In this document: positions 47,064-61,100 of the stretch, piece after piece
Position numbering within the stretch: position 1 is the stretch's first letter
Layout: every line of letters begins with the position of its first letter
Assembly: GCA_904063045.1 (NCBI GenBank)
Contig: CAJFCJ010000002.1
Coordinates: forward strand, 186,001 to 250,000
From: Dimorphilus gyrociliatus
Lineage: Eukaryota; Animalia; Annelida
Direction of reading: 5' to 3'
Length of the DNA stretch: 64,000 nucleotides
Translations under genes and position numbers: made by a program
Notes under the pieces: generated by a model
What the model saw: the letters and a program-made list of their open reading frames with translations, nothing else
What the model was told of the DNA's origin: nothing
Databases searched by the model: none

Positions 47064-47820
47064 TTACAGCCCCCCCGAAAAGATAGATTTCATCAACTCG
47101 GTATTCTCTGAAGCAGCAAGACTATCCTTTTTCTTTTTTGTTCTTTTATGCTTTTCAGAGGATAGAATTTCTGTTTCTGTTTCTTTTTGACTAAATGTCC
47201 ACTCTCTTTCTTCAAGATTAGTTTTAACTTTTTTCCGCTTCAACATTTTACTTTTTTCTACATTATCCTTGAAGAAACTAGCAACTTTTTTAGCTTGAGA
47301 GACTTCTGTGCGCATTCTTTGCTGGTGAACAGCTTTCTCATATGCCAACCTTTCATTTAAATGTGTCCACTTAAATTTCGGCAAGTATTTTAAATTCCAA
47401 ATTTCATCACGCCATTTTAAGTGACGTTTACCACCGATTATTTGATTATTTAGGGAGACTGCAACTCGTTTGGCTAATTTTTTATCTGCAAATTCTATCC
47501 AGCCTTCATTGAATCGTTTACTTTTTCTTTGTGAAATCCTTCGTTCTGAAAGAGTTGGTCAGTTATATTACTATGTTGTTTAGGGAAAAGAGAATTAAAC
47601 TTTTCTTACCATCTGCTTGAAGAAATATTCTTCCAATTTCTCCGTAGGATGAGAATAAGTCTCTTATAACTTTTACTGTCATATTTGAGGGTACTCTACT
47701 CATATATAAAATCCCTGCATTTGAGTCATCAACCAATTTCAATTTTTTTCTCTTCGATTTTGGCGGTTCTAATTCCAACTCTTCACTTTCTTCGCTACTT
47801 TTCACATCATTATCGCTCAT
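47064..47820 (-). CDS. ABT1: Activator of basal transcription 1 / Esf2 (RRM), 2 exons
   Basis: GILYMSRVP, YGEIGRIFLQ, EGWIEFADKKLAKRVA, WNLKYLPKFKWTHLNERLAYE and RMRTEVSQAKK. Confidence 0.93.
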
Positions 47821-48214
47821 TGTAGAATTTCTTTGAAAATTTTCAAACAGATTAGATAAGCTATAATCACACAATTTTATATTATGCTACTTATAACAAA
47901 ATAAAAGTTTAATTAAATTATAACTTACAAGTTATGGTCACTTTTCCAATGATATTTCTTAATTTGAACTAAAGACAACGAGAACAACTGGATACTGCGA
48001 ATCGAATCGAACAGTTTTCAATAATCGTCATATGTAAACACTTCCGTTTCCTGTCATTCTGCGATAGCGAAAAAACTCGCTGCCGATTGTGCTACAGGAT
48101 AATAGCTATTTTGAAAAACGCTGTACATCTTTATTTTTCTAGAGTGTATTATATATTAGTTGATTAATTAAATTATTATTCGTTTGTTAAAGAGCCTTTT
48201 CAACATTAAACAAT

Positions 48215-50179
48215 ATGTCGAGACGTTCAGTCAGACTGAAAGCGAAAATGGAGGAGAGATTGTCACCTCGACCAAAAAGTCCAAAGAACTGTTCAATTTG
48301 TCTAGGAGAGACAGAAAATAAATGTTTTACAGACGAGTGCTCTCATGAGTTTTGCTTTGTCTGTCTTATGGAATGGAGCAAAGTCAAAGCAGAGTGTCCT
48401 CTGTGCAAAAGAAAATTTAAGAAAATAATGTATAATATTCGCTCCTATTCTGATTGTGACGAGTATATAGTGCCTGTGATTGATAGATCTGATCCTATAG
48501 GAATAGAACCGACCTTAAGTTCGATCAATCCTCTCACTTATTTCGGGGCGTTTCGCCATAGACATGCCCGTTTACCAAACAGGGAAACACTAACTCCAGG
48601 ATTCCGAGAACCAGTTATAGATTCACATCTTAGCAGGCTACATGAGTCGTTTATGGTTGGATCTCTTCGTTTTAAGAGGCACATGAATAGTAGATGGAGG
48701 AACTCTGAGTCATTTAGAGAGAGTTCGACATCATCCAGAGAGTTAAGCGAATGGGTACGACGAGAGTTACTTAATATTTTTACGAGTTCTGGTAGATATA
48801 GCTCCCTTCATTCAAGTTTTGAGGAGATAGTTTCACAGGTCCTTGATGCAATAGATAGACATCCAGTAGATTCCATTCCATTGAGGAATATGCTCCAAGT
48901 TCATTTGGGCAATGGAACGGACGAATTTATTTTCAAATTAAGATACCATGCACCTCGTGGTCACTCAAGCCGTAACTGTTTCAGTAACCTAAATAACGGA
49001 GACGATGATGTTGTTGTTCTTAATGATAATTCTTTGACCGTAAATACTGAATCAAACAGCCGCCGTAGAAAACGACCTGCACAAAAACGAACATCTCGAG
49101 CAGTGAATTTACCATCATTCTCTCTGGATTCAAGTTCTGACAACGAAATTAATCCTCATTTTCAACGTTCCACAAAAAGTAATCGAGCTTCTTCATCCTC
49201 AATAGAATGCCTAGGATCTTCAGACGACAGTGGAATTATGGATGATAGAACACCTGCTGCAGTATTTCAGGGAAGATCCAGACCAAAGCGTCGAACCAGT
49301 TACATAAACAGGATGTTATCTAGAACATCAGCGAATCCACCTTCTAGATGGTTTCCTCATTATTCTATTGGTTTACGAAGAAGCTCACCTGTTATAAGTT
49401 TACGTTCTACTTCATTAGGAGATGTAGAGGCCGCTGATGATGAAGTACAGATTATCTCGTCAAAAGCAGCTGAAGTAGAATGTATTAATTTGGTTGATGA
49501 GACATCTAATTTTTCAAATGAACAAAACGGTGAATCAAATGAAATCAGTGTTGGAATTGAAAGAAGAAAAAGAAAAAGATCCCAGTCGTTCAGACGTAAA
49601 GATTTTAGTAATAAAAAGTTTAATGCAAAAGAACCTTCCTCCAGTAATAGTAGAGATAATGAAAATATGGAATTTGAAAGTTGGCTCTCAGCTGTTGAAA
49701 GGGTTGATCGAACTTCTAGACAAAATAGTCGAAGGAATAGTGCTGAAGATATTCGAAACCAAGATGAATCTGTATCAGAAAATAGGAAAGAATCACCAGC
49801 AAAGAGGAAAAAAGGGAGTTTGAGAAAAGATTCAGCTCGATTAAATAGGACAGTTTTCAACGATGATATCAACATGATGGAATGGAAGAAGGATTACGAA
49901 AAGCGGAGGAAAAATGACACATATTTTCCGTTTGAAAAGAATATGAAAATATTTGCTGACGATACGAGTGACGATGATGATGAGAATTTCGTAAGTTTTT
50001 CACTTGAATTCATTTATTAGCTGCTAACTTTCGTTATCATACAGGAACGAGCACGTGCTATGTCAATGGTGTATAACAGGCCTAAAGAAAAGAAGTCTCC
50101 CTCTGATCAAGAAGAAGATGCCAGTACAAGTGGCAGTAGTTGCGGGGGAACAAGTAGTAGCTCAACTAATGACAGCTGA
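48215..50179 (+). CDS. TOPORS: Topors-like RING E3 ubiquitin/SUMO ligase; exons 48215-49990 and 50045-50179
   Basis: C3HC4 RING CSICL...CSHEFCFVCLMEWSKVKAECPLCK, Topors-like ELSEWVRREL, SIM-like DDVVVL / EVQII / ECINL motifs, and Ser/Arg-rich tail. Confidence 0.8.
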
Positions 50180-50516
50180 TTAATTTCACAAAACTTTGGA
50201 CTTAATTGTCTAAGTTGTCTAGCTTGTAGGAGAAAGTACATTAATGTTTTGAATAGTTATATTTAAGACGATTACAAAAAATATTCAGATTCGTTGAATT
50301 TTTTTATCAAGAAATTTTTCATACAAATTTTCGTATGATGGTGATGCAATTGGAAAATGATTTTGTGTTAATGTAATGTTAAGAACAAAATTTGCTGTCT
50401 GCTAAAGGAATATAGATGGCGTTGTATGTATATTTCATGCCAACTTTTGGAATAAAATAATAATTATGTATAAAAGTTTTCAAGAGTACAAACATTCTCA
50501 ATACCAAAAAAAAAAC

Positions 50517-51074
50517 ATGTCATCGAAGCCTATTACACTCGTTACGGGAAATGCTAATAAATTGAAGGAAATCATTAAAATATTAGGTTCAGATTTTCCT
50601 AGACAGATTATTAGTAAGGACATAGATCTTTTGGAAATTCAAGGGTCACCAGATGAAGTCGCCACTGCAAAGTGCAAAGAGGCGGCTAAAGTAATTAACG
50701 GGCCTGTATTGGTTGAAGATACAGCCCTATGTATGAAATCTTTGAACGATTTGCCAGGCGTGTATATAAAATGGTTTTTAAAGGCTCTCACTGCAGAAAA
50801 TTTACATAAACTGTTAGCTGGCTTTGAAGATAAGTCAACTTACGCCTTATGTACATTCGCCTATTGCGAGAAAGATGGTGAAGAAGTGAAAATTTTTAGA
50901 GGAAAGACACCTGGAATGATCGTTGAGGCGAGAGGACCAAGACAATTCGGCTGGGATCCCTGCTTTCTACCTGATGGCTTTGATAAGACTTACGCTGAAC
51001 TAGATTCTGATGTAAAAAATTCAATATCACATAGAAGAAGGGCTTTAGAAGAATTAAAAGCTTATTTTTCCTAA
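50517..51074 (+). CDS. ITPA: Inosine triphosphate pyrophosphatase (HAM1), intronless; an in-frame upstream ATG exists at 50466
   Basis: VTGNANKLKE, EIQG, VLVEDTAL, LPGVYIKWF, FGWDPCF and ISHR motifs. Confidence 0.96.
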   Translation: MSSKPITLVTGNANKLKEIIKILGSDFPRQIISKDIDLLEIQGSPDEVATAKCKEAAKVINGPVLVEDTALCMKSLNDLPGVYIKWFLKALTAENLHKLLAGFEDKSTYALCTFAYCEKDGEEVKIFRGKTPGMIVEARGPRQFGWDPCFLPDGFDKTYAELDSDVKNSISHRRRALEELKAYFS

Positions 51075-52104
51075 GCAAAAAATAACTAAAGTATGCAAAT
51101 TTCATTTAAAATAGAATACAATAACTTCATACAGATAAAATTTAACATAGACAGTATTTATATGTAAATGTACAATATTACATACACAAATACATACAAG
51201 ACATATGTAATAATTAGTATAATAATTCATTTTTTAGTGTGTTTTATAATTTACATACGACAAAAATTTAATACTTGTTTGTTTTTATAACTAGAATAAA
51301 AAAAAGAAACAGAAAACAAAATAACAAACCATTTAAAGCTTCACTAAGAAAAAAAAGAAAATAATACCATTAGTAATTTGATTGAGTAGAGTTAATACTA
51401 ATCATAATAATCATACGAAAAACATCATCTTTCAATATGATTCTTTAGATAAAAAATAAAGATTTATATTAAAATTGTAGCCAAGCATATTTTCACAACC
51501 TTTTTGAGGTAAAAGTTCATTTGATTTTAATAAAATAACAAGTTTTTCTTTTTGGTTTTCGGGAAGATCTTGTTTTTTTTAAATGCGTTAGTTAAACAGA
51601 AAGAGTGAGGAGAGATTAGAGTCTATTATGATCTTTCGGGTATAGGTAACGGAAGGTTGAAAATTATAGGAGGGATTATTGATATTTACTAGCGATTATG
51701 ATACTTTCATTGCATCGGTCGGTTATTTAATAGACAAGTATTATACTTTGTACTTGATCCTTTTAGCACGGGGCGTATAATTATAAATAAAACGATAGTA
51801 TTTTAGGTAAAGCTATGACCGTATCGTTTTGTAAATGCATCTTTTATCAGCATACGATGTTTAACTGACCAGCGATAACTTTTTAGTTAGAGTTAGAATT
51901 TGAAATTGAAATTACAATTACACAAACCAATAGTATAATACCAACAATTTTACAGCTGGAAAATGAAAATTTTCCAGTAAATATTAATAATCCCTGTAAC
52001 GTTCCTTTGTTACCTTCCGAGTTTCAATGACTGTAAAATCTTTCCCCGTCAATATAAAAAAAGTAAAAAACAATATTCAACATATTATGTCTTGTTTTTT
52101 TTAA

Positions 52105-55100
52105 TTAATCAGAGCCCAGCAGTAATTCCTTTCCTTCAGATTCCTTCATGTCTCCCATACTTGGAGTTAATTGTGCACCGTATAAAGGATTTGCAAAACT
52201 ATTTGTCTGGAATTTTGAAAAATAGTAAAAATGTTATATTGTCTAAAAGTCTTTAAAAATATATATATTAGTATATAATTTATATTTACTGGATCGTCTG
52301 CTTTGTCTTGAAAAGGTGCTCCTTCGTCGAATGTTGGCTCATCCAGTTCATCTCTTCTAAACATTGGATTCGTTATTTCAATAGGTCCATCGTGTTGACA
52401 GTATTTATTGTTGTAATTTCTGAAAAATGAATGATTAATAATTATATCCCTTAAACAATTGTAAGAAGGTATACTTTTTGCATCTTTTCAAAAATATTCC
52501 AATAGCTATAATACAAATACCCAGAACAACTACAACGGGAACAATGATGATCGTAGCGGAAACACCTGAAAAGATAAGACACAGTGTGAAATAAAAAGTT
52601 TATTGGTTGTTTGCTAATCAGACAACTTACGTTTAGTATCACCCTTGATTTGTTTATTACAGTTGTTTCCTGTTCCATTTTTGCACGTAATAGTAGATTT
52701 ATTAATTTCGCATTGGCTACCTGTGAAATTTTTCGTGCACATGCACCAAGTTGAGGTCTCATTTGATTTACAAACTCCTTCATTTAAGCAAGAGCATTTA
52801 GAAATATTTTTGCCTATTTCGCAATATTCTCCCGAGTAGCCAGGCAAACAATTGCATTGAATTTTATCTTTTATAAAATCGAAATTTAAAGTTTTAGCTC
52901 CAGCAGTACAATTACATCGATTATCAATCGAACAAATTATTCCCGATTTTGAACAATTGCATAGTTTAGTATCTATTGAGCAAACGCCCACTGAGCATAT
53001 AGATTTCTTATTATATGTGCATAAAGGAACGCAACCGAACTCTTTATGAGAGTAATGCTCTCCGCATTTGCAAGTTGTTCCTCCTTCAAATTTTTCGCAT
53101 TCATTCTCACATTTATGAGATGAACATTTAGTTCTACAATTCGTCGATGGATCAAAACCTTTAGGACATTTGCAACGAGTAACATTATTAGAATCAAGGT
53201 AACACTGTCCACCATTGGCGCATCGGTAGCATGCAGCATAATCACATTTTTCTCCTTCCCAACCAATATCGCATTTGCATTTATTATTCTGACATTTTCC
53301 ATTTTTACAATAGATATTTTCGCATTTTTCACTTTTTAACCTACAATAAGGACCCTCAAAACCAGGTAGGCATCTAAATTTCAATATCTAATTAGATTCA
53401 AGTTTATATTATAAATATATCTGACAACTTACTTGCATTTACATTTACTATTTCCAATTTTATCGCAAGTTCCTCCATTTTCGCATTCGGCTGTCTCGTC
53501 GAAATGGTCATCGCAACTTTGACCTTTTTCTTTTTATTAAAAGTATAATTAAAGATTGAAGGGAGAGTATATTCTTTAAGCTTACCTATTCTTCTGATTT
53601 TATGACCGGGACATAGGCAAGATGTTTTATTATGACTTATAACGCACATACTGTTCAGTCCCAATCCACAGAAGCAAGCTAAAACAAAACCATTACTTAA
53701 AATTCTTTATGATAAAAAATTCATCATTTTATCTTACGTTGTTTAAACTTATATAATCCCTCCAACGTACTCAGAACACTAACAGATGCTACTTGAGAGA
53801 GCTTATTATTTGAATAAATTGGTGGGGGAAACACTCCATTCTCTACGGTTGAGAGTGTGTCATCAATCATATCAATAGGATGGTCATAGGCAACTTTCTT
53901 TAATGCAAACACCTTTCCTTGAAGATGAGCGATTAGGAAAATTGCTGTCTCATAAATCTCTATTTTATAAGGTGATAAATTAGAATGATGGTTAAACTTC
54001 CATGCAATATAATGCTCAATTTTATCCTTTGAAATACTGTCAACATTTATAAATTCGATAGTTTTCCTTCTCATATCAACCCAGTATATCCTATTAGACC
54101 ACATGTCATATTTAACGTCAGTAGGGGTTCCCATGTCAGTCCAAATTGTCTTTTCATTTGTTCCATCTAAATAAGCCATAGCTAATCTAGGTTTGTCTGC
54201 TTCTATCCAATAAATGTGCCTGTAACTTGACTTTGTATTTAGCGAAATAGCTACAGGACGATTTCTTAAGTATAATATGGTAGTTATATTTGAACCAAAA
54301 AATGTGCAAAATCTTATTGAATGCCCTTTTAGAGAAGACGTAAAATAGATACGTCTCTGAGAGAAATCCAGAGCAAAGTGATCAATTTCTTGAAATTGCT
54401 GATAAAAGAAACAATAGTTAAAACAATAATCAAGATAAATAACAACTAAAAGGTTTACATTAACTATCGTATGAAATCCCGTTGTAAGGTTAATTCTGTC
54501 AAAAGAGCTTGTTCGAAAGTCTTTTCGTAGGATGACAGAACCATTTTTAGTTTCAGCACTAGCAAACAATATTGCCAACATTGAATGTTCATAATAGATT
54601 TGAATTGAGCGAAAGTTGATGGTTAATTGGGTCTAAAAGTAAATTAATACAAAAAATATTATCCTTTCATTTATCATTTTAAGTTTCTTATCCCTTACTT
54701 TAAATTTATTAGGACTCTTATCAAAATCTTCGATAACATGAACTTCATTCTTTATACCCAAGAGTAGACGAGTCTTTTGATGAGTTTTAGCCTTACATGA
54801 ATGCTGTTTTCTTTCGTAAAGTGAATTAGAAATACAGGAACAACTATGAGTGCGCTTTGAAGGATTATCAATACATAAATGATCGCATAAAGTTGGATTT
54901 TTAGCACATCCTAAAAAATATTTTGTTGGTTTCATGAACGACATTTCGACTTTTTATAAAATTGAATAGTTACCGCAATATTGACTGTTATTGGCGCTGC
55001 ATACATGATTTTCTTGACAAGATGGATCCATGCTTAGGCATTTCCCATTCATACATACAGGGAAATCTGCTCCGCAAGTTTTAGTTTCAGCACAAAATAT

Positions 55101-58100
55101 TTCATCCGAACCGTCGAGGCAATCTCTAACACCGTCGCAAAGATTACGAAAGTGGAGACATTTTGTTTTATCACAACGATGGTGACCAGGCAGACAGATA
55201 TATTTAATACACGTGGAATTAAATTCATCAGATCCATCTAAACAATCAGCATGTCCATCACAAAATTGCTCAAGAGGCAGACATTCTCCACTTAAACACT
55301 TTTTTCTTTTTGATGAGCAACCAGTACAATTAACTTCATCCTCTGCTTTTGAACAATCCACTTGCCCATCGCATCTTAGACTTTTGTGAATGCATTTATT
55401 ATCTAGCTGGCAAAGGAAGAAATCCTCTCCGCAATTTAGTGGACCTATTTTTCAATTTTTTATTATTAGTCATCGTTAATTATCAAAAATAACTAATTTT
55501 TGTACCGTTGTTGCAAATTGTTTCGTCACTACCATCTGAACAATGGTTGATTCCATCGCAAATTTGGTAGGGAGGTATACACATTTGATTCACTTGACAT
55601 TTAAGTTCTTTCTCAGAACAATTTCTCGCAACTTGAAAAAATAAAATATGATATTAAAAAACTATTTAATGAATTCACAAGCCTTTAAGAGTACTTACTG
55701 CAGCCCTGTTCGTCGCTGCCATCAAGACAATCACTCTCATAGTCGCATTTCCATCTAATTTAAAATATATTTAATAGATCTTTGGTTAAAACAAATATTA
55801 CGCAATGTTTACCTTCCAGGTATACATCGTTGTTTATCATGACACTGGAAGTATGTAATTTCGCAAGTTTTATTTGAGCAATCCTTTTCATCAGAATGAT
55901 CTAAAAATTGGATAGAAATCGTAGAAATTAAAAGTTTAATAATGTAACTGGTCATATAATACCCGGACAATCATTATCTCCATCGCACAACCAAGCTTTT
56001 GGTATACATTTACCAGACTTTGGACACTTAACATGACCTTCTTTACAAGTGACATTTTTACAATTCGATTCATCGGATTTGTCATTGCAATCTAAGGAAA
56101 TGTAAAATAAAGAAAATTCAATGTTATAACAGTAAAATGTTTATACAAACCGTTGTCATTGTCGCATTTCCATACGTATCTAATATAAAGCAAACGATAA
56201 TATATGACTAATTTAAATAACGAATATTAAAACACTTACAAAATACAGGATTTATCGTCACATTGAAATTGGTTCTCTTCGCATTTTTTTATGCCACAGT
56301 CTTTCTCATCTGTATAATCACCACAATCAGGTCTTCCATCGCACATTTTCGATCGTGGAATACATTTCGGTGGACTTGCGCACTTAAATTGCGATCTTAA
56401 GCATGTATGATTTGCGCAATTACTCTCGTCTGAATGATCCATACAATGAGGATATCCATCACAAACTGAAGCTGGTGATACGCAACCCTCTGAACTGTTG
56501 GCGTTGGCACACTGAAAATATCCTGGTTTTCGGCAGTGGTACTTTCGACAGGGACCTTTTTCGTCACTCCCATCCCCACAGTCATCTTCTCCATTACATA
56601 CGGCTAAATTAGGAATACATTTGAAAGTATTAAAACAGGTAAATTCGGAAGAAGTGCAGTTTGGTAGGCAAATTGATTTGTCGGGTGACATAAAATATTT
56701 TTCGGGACAAACGCATTGTCGAGTTATGCCTCCTGGTCTAATCAGGCACAAAGCTCCTTGTCCACACTTTTCTCGAACACATGGATTATCTTCATCAGGA
56801 ACCTTAGGCTGTCTTGCTGGATGAAACACATGCAAATCCATTGGCTTATGGGTGAATGCCCTAACTTTTTGTCTATCTTTGCCATTCGCCCTTGCTTTTT
56901 CAACATGAGACATTTCCCAGTCTGACCAGTAGAGATAACCTTCAAAGAAGGTAAGAGCGAAGATATGTTGAAGATTATGTTGAATAATGCGTCTTTTACC
57001 AGATCCATCTAGATTACACTGGCCAATAAAATCATTTTTTGCATCACCCCAATAAAGTTTATCCATTGTATAATCAATTGTTAAAGCATTTAGCCATTCA
57101 ATATCTTCCGTTACGATCCTTTTAACATGGAATCCATCCATTCCTGTTCGAACAATTTCATGTTTTCCCCAATCCGAATAAAACAAAAAGCCTCTTTTTG
57201 GATGTAGAACTATCGCTCTAGGTTTACCAAGATTTCTCAATAATACTTTTCTGTATCTTCCTTCCAAATCCGATACTTCAATCGTTTTTGATTGTTTATC
57301 TGCCCAATAAAGATTTTTCCCCACCCAATCAACTGCAATGCCATCTGGATTTTTTACAGAAGTATGAAGAACTTTACTAGTTCCATTTTCACGGAAAAAC
57401 TTGACTATTTTAGAACCTTCAGAAGAAACATCAGTGATATATATAGTTTGAGTTGGCCAGTGAAAATCTAAAGCGACGGCATTTATCAATTTGAGCTTAG
57501 TTGGATTACTTAGTTGTTTTCCATCTAGAGAGTAGAGTCGGAAATCATATTTATAGACAACTATTAGTTGTTTTTCGATCTTTGACGTTGAGAGGCATAT
57601 TTGACTACTAATATTTAAGTAGTAGCCTTTTACACATCCACATCTATATGACCCAATTTTACCTATTCTATTTATGCATTTTTGACTGCAGGGTTTTAAT
57701 GATGAGCAAATGTCAAAAGGTTCACAAGACGTTCCATTTAGTTTATACCCCTGACGACAGCTGCATTTGTATCCTTTCATAATACTGCCGTTAGAGTATT
57801 TTCCAACGGTACATATATGATGGCATGGTTTTCGTAAAGTGCATAAATCAACTCCACAGTCATTTTCATCTGAATTGTCTCCACAATCGTCGAAAGTATT
57901 ACACAATTTAGAAGCATCTATAATGTTACCATTATTGCATTGATATTTATTATCGGGTAATGTTGTAGGGCAGAGTAGTTCATCTATGCCATCCGGACAT
58001 TCAACCTTTCCATTGCATCTTGGAACACATCTGCGTTTCCCACGTGTGCATAATGCTTCATTATCTTTACATTCATAATGACAATTCTCTGTTTCGTCAG

Positions 58101-61100
58101 CTCTGGTTCTACAGTCCACTATATTATCACAACGGTAAATGTTGGGAATACACGTCCCATTTCCACAGTCAAATTCATCAGCATGACAGATAGAATTTGA
58201 ATTTTTGCAATCTTGATTTGGATATTCATCAGCGCCATCGTCGCAGTTACTTTCTTTATCGCAAACTAATTTCTTTGAAATGCATCTTGTTATGTTTTTC
58301 TGTTTACATTGAAACTGCGTCTCACTGCAGTTAGTGGTAGCACAATTTCTCTCATCTGCTCCGTTTGAGCAGTCTTTTATATTGTCGCATACATAATCCT
58401 TTGGTATGCAATGCAAGTGACTACACTCAAAGGTGTCAGGAGGGCATGTATAACCAATCTCATCCTCTCCATTAGGACAATCAATTTGACCGTCAACTGA
58501 CCATTGTTTCATATGACAGAAACCTGTACTATTAGTGCATGGTATCCAGCCTTCAGGACATATCTGTCTCTCAGGTATTCGAGGACAATCTATCTCATCC
58601 TCATTATTCCAACAATCGTTAACTCCATCGCATTTCCATTCCGGTAGTATACAAGCTGTTGTTCCATTACATTTTATCATTCTTTTAGAGTCTTTCACAC
58701 AATGCGTAATGAAAGGACAATTTGTTTCGTCGGATGCATCCGTGCAATCTCTTTCAGAATCGCAGACATGTTTTTTTAAGATACATTTTCCGTCGCTTGC
58801 GCACGCAAATTTATCTTGTCCACAAGCTGTTTCATTAAAAACTGGGCATATCGACTCGTCCGATCCATCTTTACAGTTCTTTACACCATTGCAGACAAGA
58901 GTTGATTTGATACATTGTGTATTATTGCAGAGGAAATATCCGTATGGACAGCGTCGATTGTGGCAATAATCATATAATTCATCAGTTCCATTTGAACAGT
59001 GTTTTTCCCCATCACAGGTTGCCTCAAAGGCAATACATTTTTTATCCTCCAGACAACGAAATTGACTCTTATTGTCACAAGTTATTGATGAACGGTCGAT
59101 ATAGGAGCAAGTTTTGTTATCCTTATTTAATTTGTAATTTGGAAAACAAGAGCATTGTACTTCACCAGTAGCAAGTGTATTACAATTTTGCTCGCAATCT
59201 CCGTTGTGTTTATAGCAAGGGTGATCCTTACAGGTTGGTATATCTTCAGAAATGGCAACTATTCCAAGAGGAGCGTGAAACATATCTCTTTTTATAACTT
59301 TCATTTCACCGCCTGTATATTTGTTAGCCCGTACGATAGCCTTCTTTTGAATGTCTGTCCAATACAGATAATCTCCCAGTGTAGTAAGTCCAAATGGATG
59401 ATATATGCCACTAGCAACAATAACAACCCTATTAAGACCATCATAGTCACATCTTTCAATTTTATCAAGTTTTGCATCTGCCCAGTAGAGTTTCTGGGCT
59501 TTTTGATCTATGGCTAGACCATTAGGGGCTATAATTTTAGTTGAAATAATTGCTTTTCTATTCCATCCAATAAGAGAAGAAGATTGAATACTTGGCGATT
59601 CTCTTCTAAGACTTGTCCAGAATAACTTTCTCACGCAAGGGTCGACAACTATTGCTCTTGGTCTATCTCCTCTACCAAGTCTAATGAGCATCGTGTAATC
59701 TTCTCCCTTTTGTAAATCGTATGTAAATATACTGGATTGTGAGTTACTTGTAAAATACAAAAACTTATTAAGTTCGTCAAAGGCAATTCCATCGGAGTAG
59801 CTACTGAATGACATTAGCTTTTTTGGGTTTGATCCATTAAAATTAATAGAAAATATGGAGGCAAAAACGCTGTCAGTATAGTAAAATACTTCATTTTTTA
59901 CATCAGCCGTCAAACCAACAATTGCCTTCATAACTGTATCATTAGATATTTTTTTGTCGTCTGCGTGTTGACTACTATGTTCAGAAATGTGGGTATGAGC
60001 TATTTTTATGTATTTGTCACTGGCATAGGCTAAATAAGAATCGGGTTCGTTGCATTCCGTTCCATTGGATATACCAAATGAGCATATACATTTTTTTTTC
60101 GTTTTACTTAGAGGTACACATGTTCCTTGACACTTTTCAGTAGATTTCGAACAAGAGCTCTGTCCTGATTGCTTGGATTTATCAAAAATCACCAGTTGTG
60201 GCATTAAATTCGATTTAATATCCGAAAATTTCTTTAAGACTGTATTTTCCTTTGTTTTTATATTTATTTTGCTTAGGCTTTTATCTGATGAATTAAAGAT
60301 ATATAAGTTATCATTCATGACATCAAATTCATTGCAAAATTCAGAAGGATTCTCAACAATAGTTGTTGTAATATTTGAATTTAGATCCATCATAACAATT
60401 GATTTTCCATTATTTTCGCAAAAGAAAAGCCGATTATTATCGTAAGCCAAGGAAAACTGTGATTTATCATTTTTAGTTTCACTCCTTAAGACTACTTTAT
60501 TCGTTCCATCCAAAGTATATCGGCTGATACTATTTCGCCTATTGACACTTCTCTGATTAATATACATGAATCCGTTGATAGGATCTAAGGCAAAACTCAA
60601 ATGAAAGTTCATTTGAGAGAAGATGACAAATCTTTTGAGTTCTGTTAAATTTTTTGAAATGTGAATTAATTCAATAACATCGTATCCTCTATCATAAAAG
60701 TATAGATTATCGGTAGTCCAATCGTACTTCATATTTACTACGTAGCCAAGGCCATCTGAGATCACAACCTCTTCCTTTGACATATCCGTTTTGTACCGTT
60801 TAATTGATCTTGTTATTTGATCAAAGATATATATCCAATTATTTTTAACGTCATACGCAGCACATTGAATGGAATGAGATGAGCTGTATATGGGCATAGA
60901 ACTTTTCAAATCTCTTCCCAAACTCAAACTCATTATTCCTGTCGTTGTTACAGTCATAAGAAAACTTTTTATAAATGTACACTTGCCATCTACGAGTTCG
61001 TAACCTTCACTGCACCTACAGACATAGGTTTTTTCAGTCTGCACTGGAATACAAATATGGCTGCATGGATTGCTTTTACATGGACTAGGTGGTAATTTCA

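Noticed and set aside
49360-49875. Long antisense or alternative-frame ORFs (also 1233-1631, 22090-22671, 52973-53332, 58535-58969)
   Set aside because: They are shadows of well-supported genes on the other strand or frame and have no motifs of their own.
59655-59680. RGD tripeptide in an LRP1 propeller (LGRGDRPR)
   Set aside because: A single RGD in about 3700 aa is expected by chance, and there is no sign it lies in an exposed integrin-type loop.
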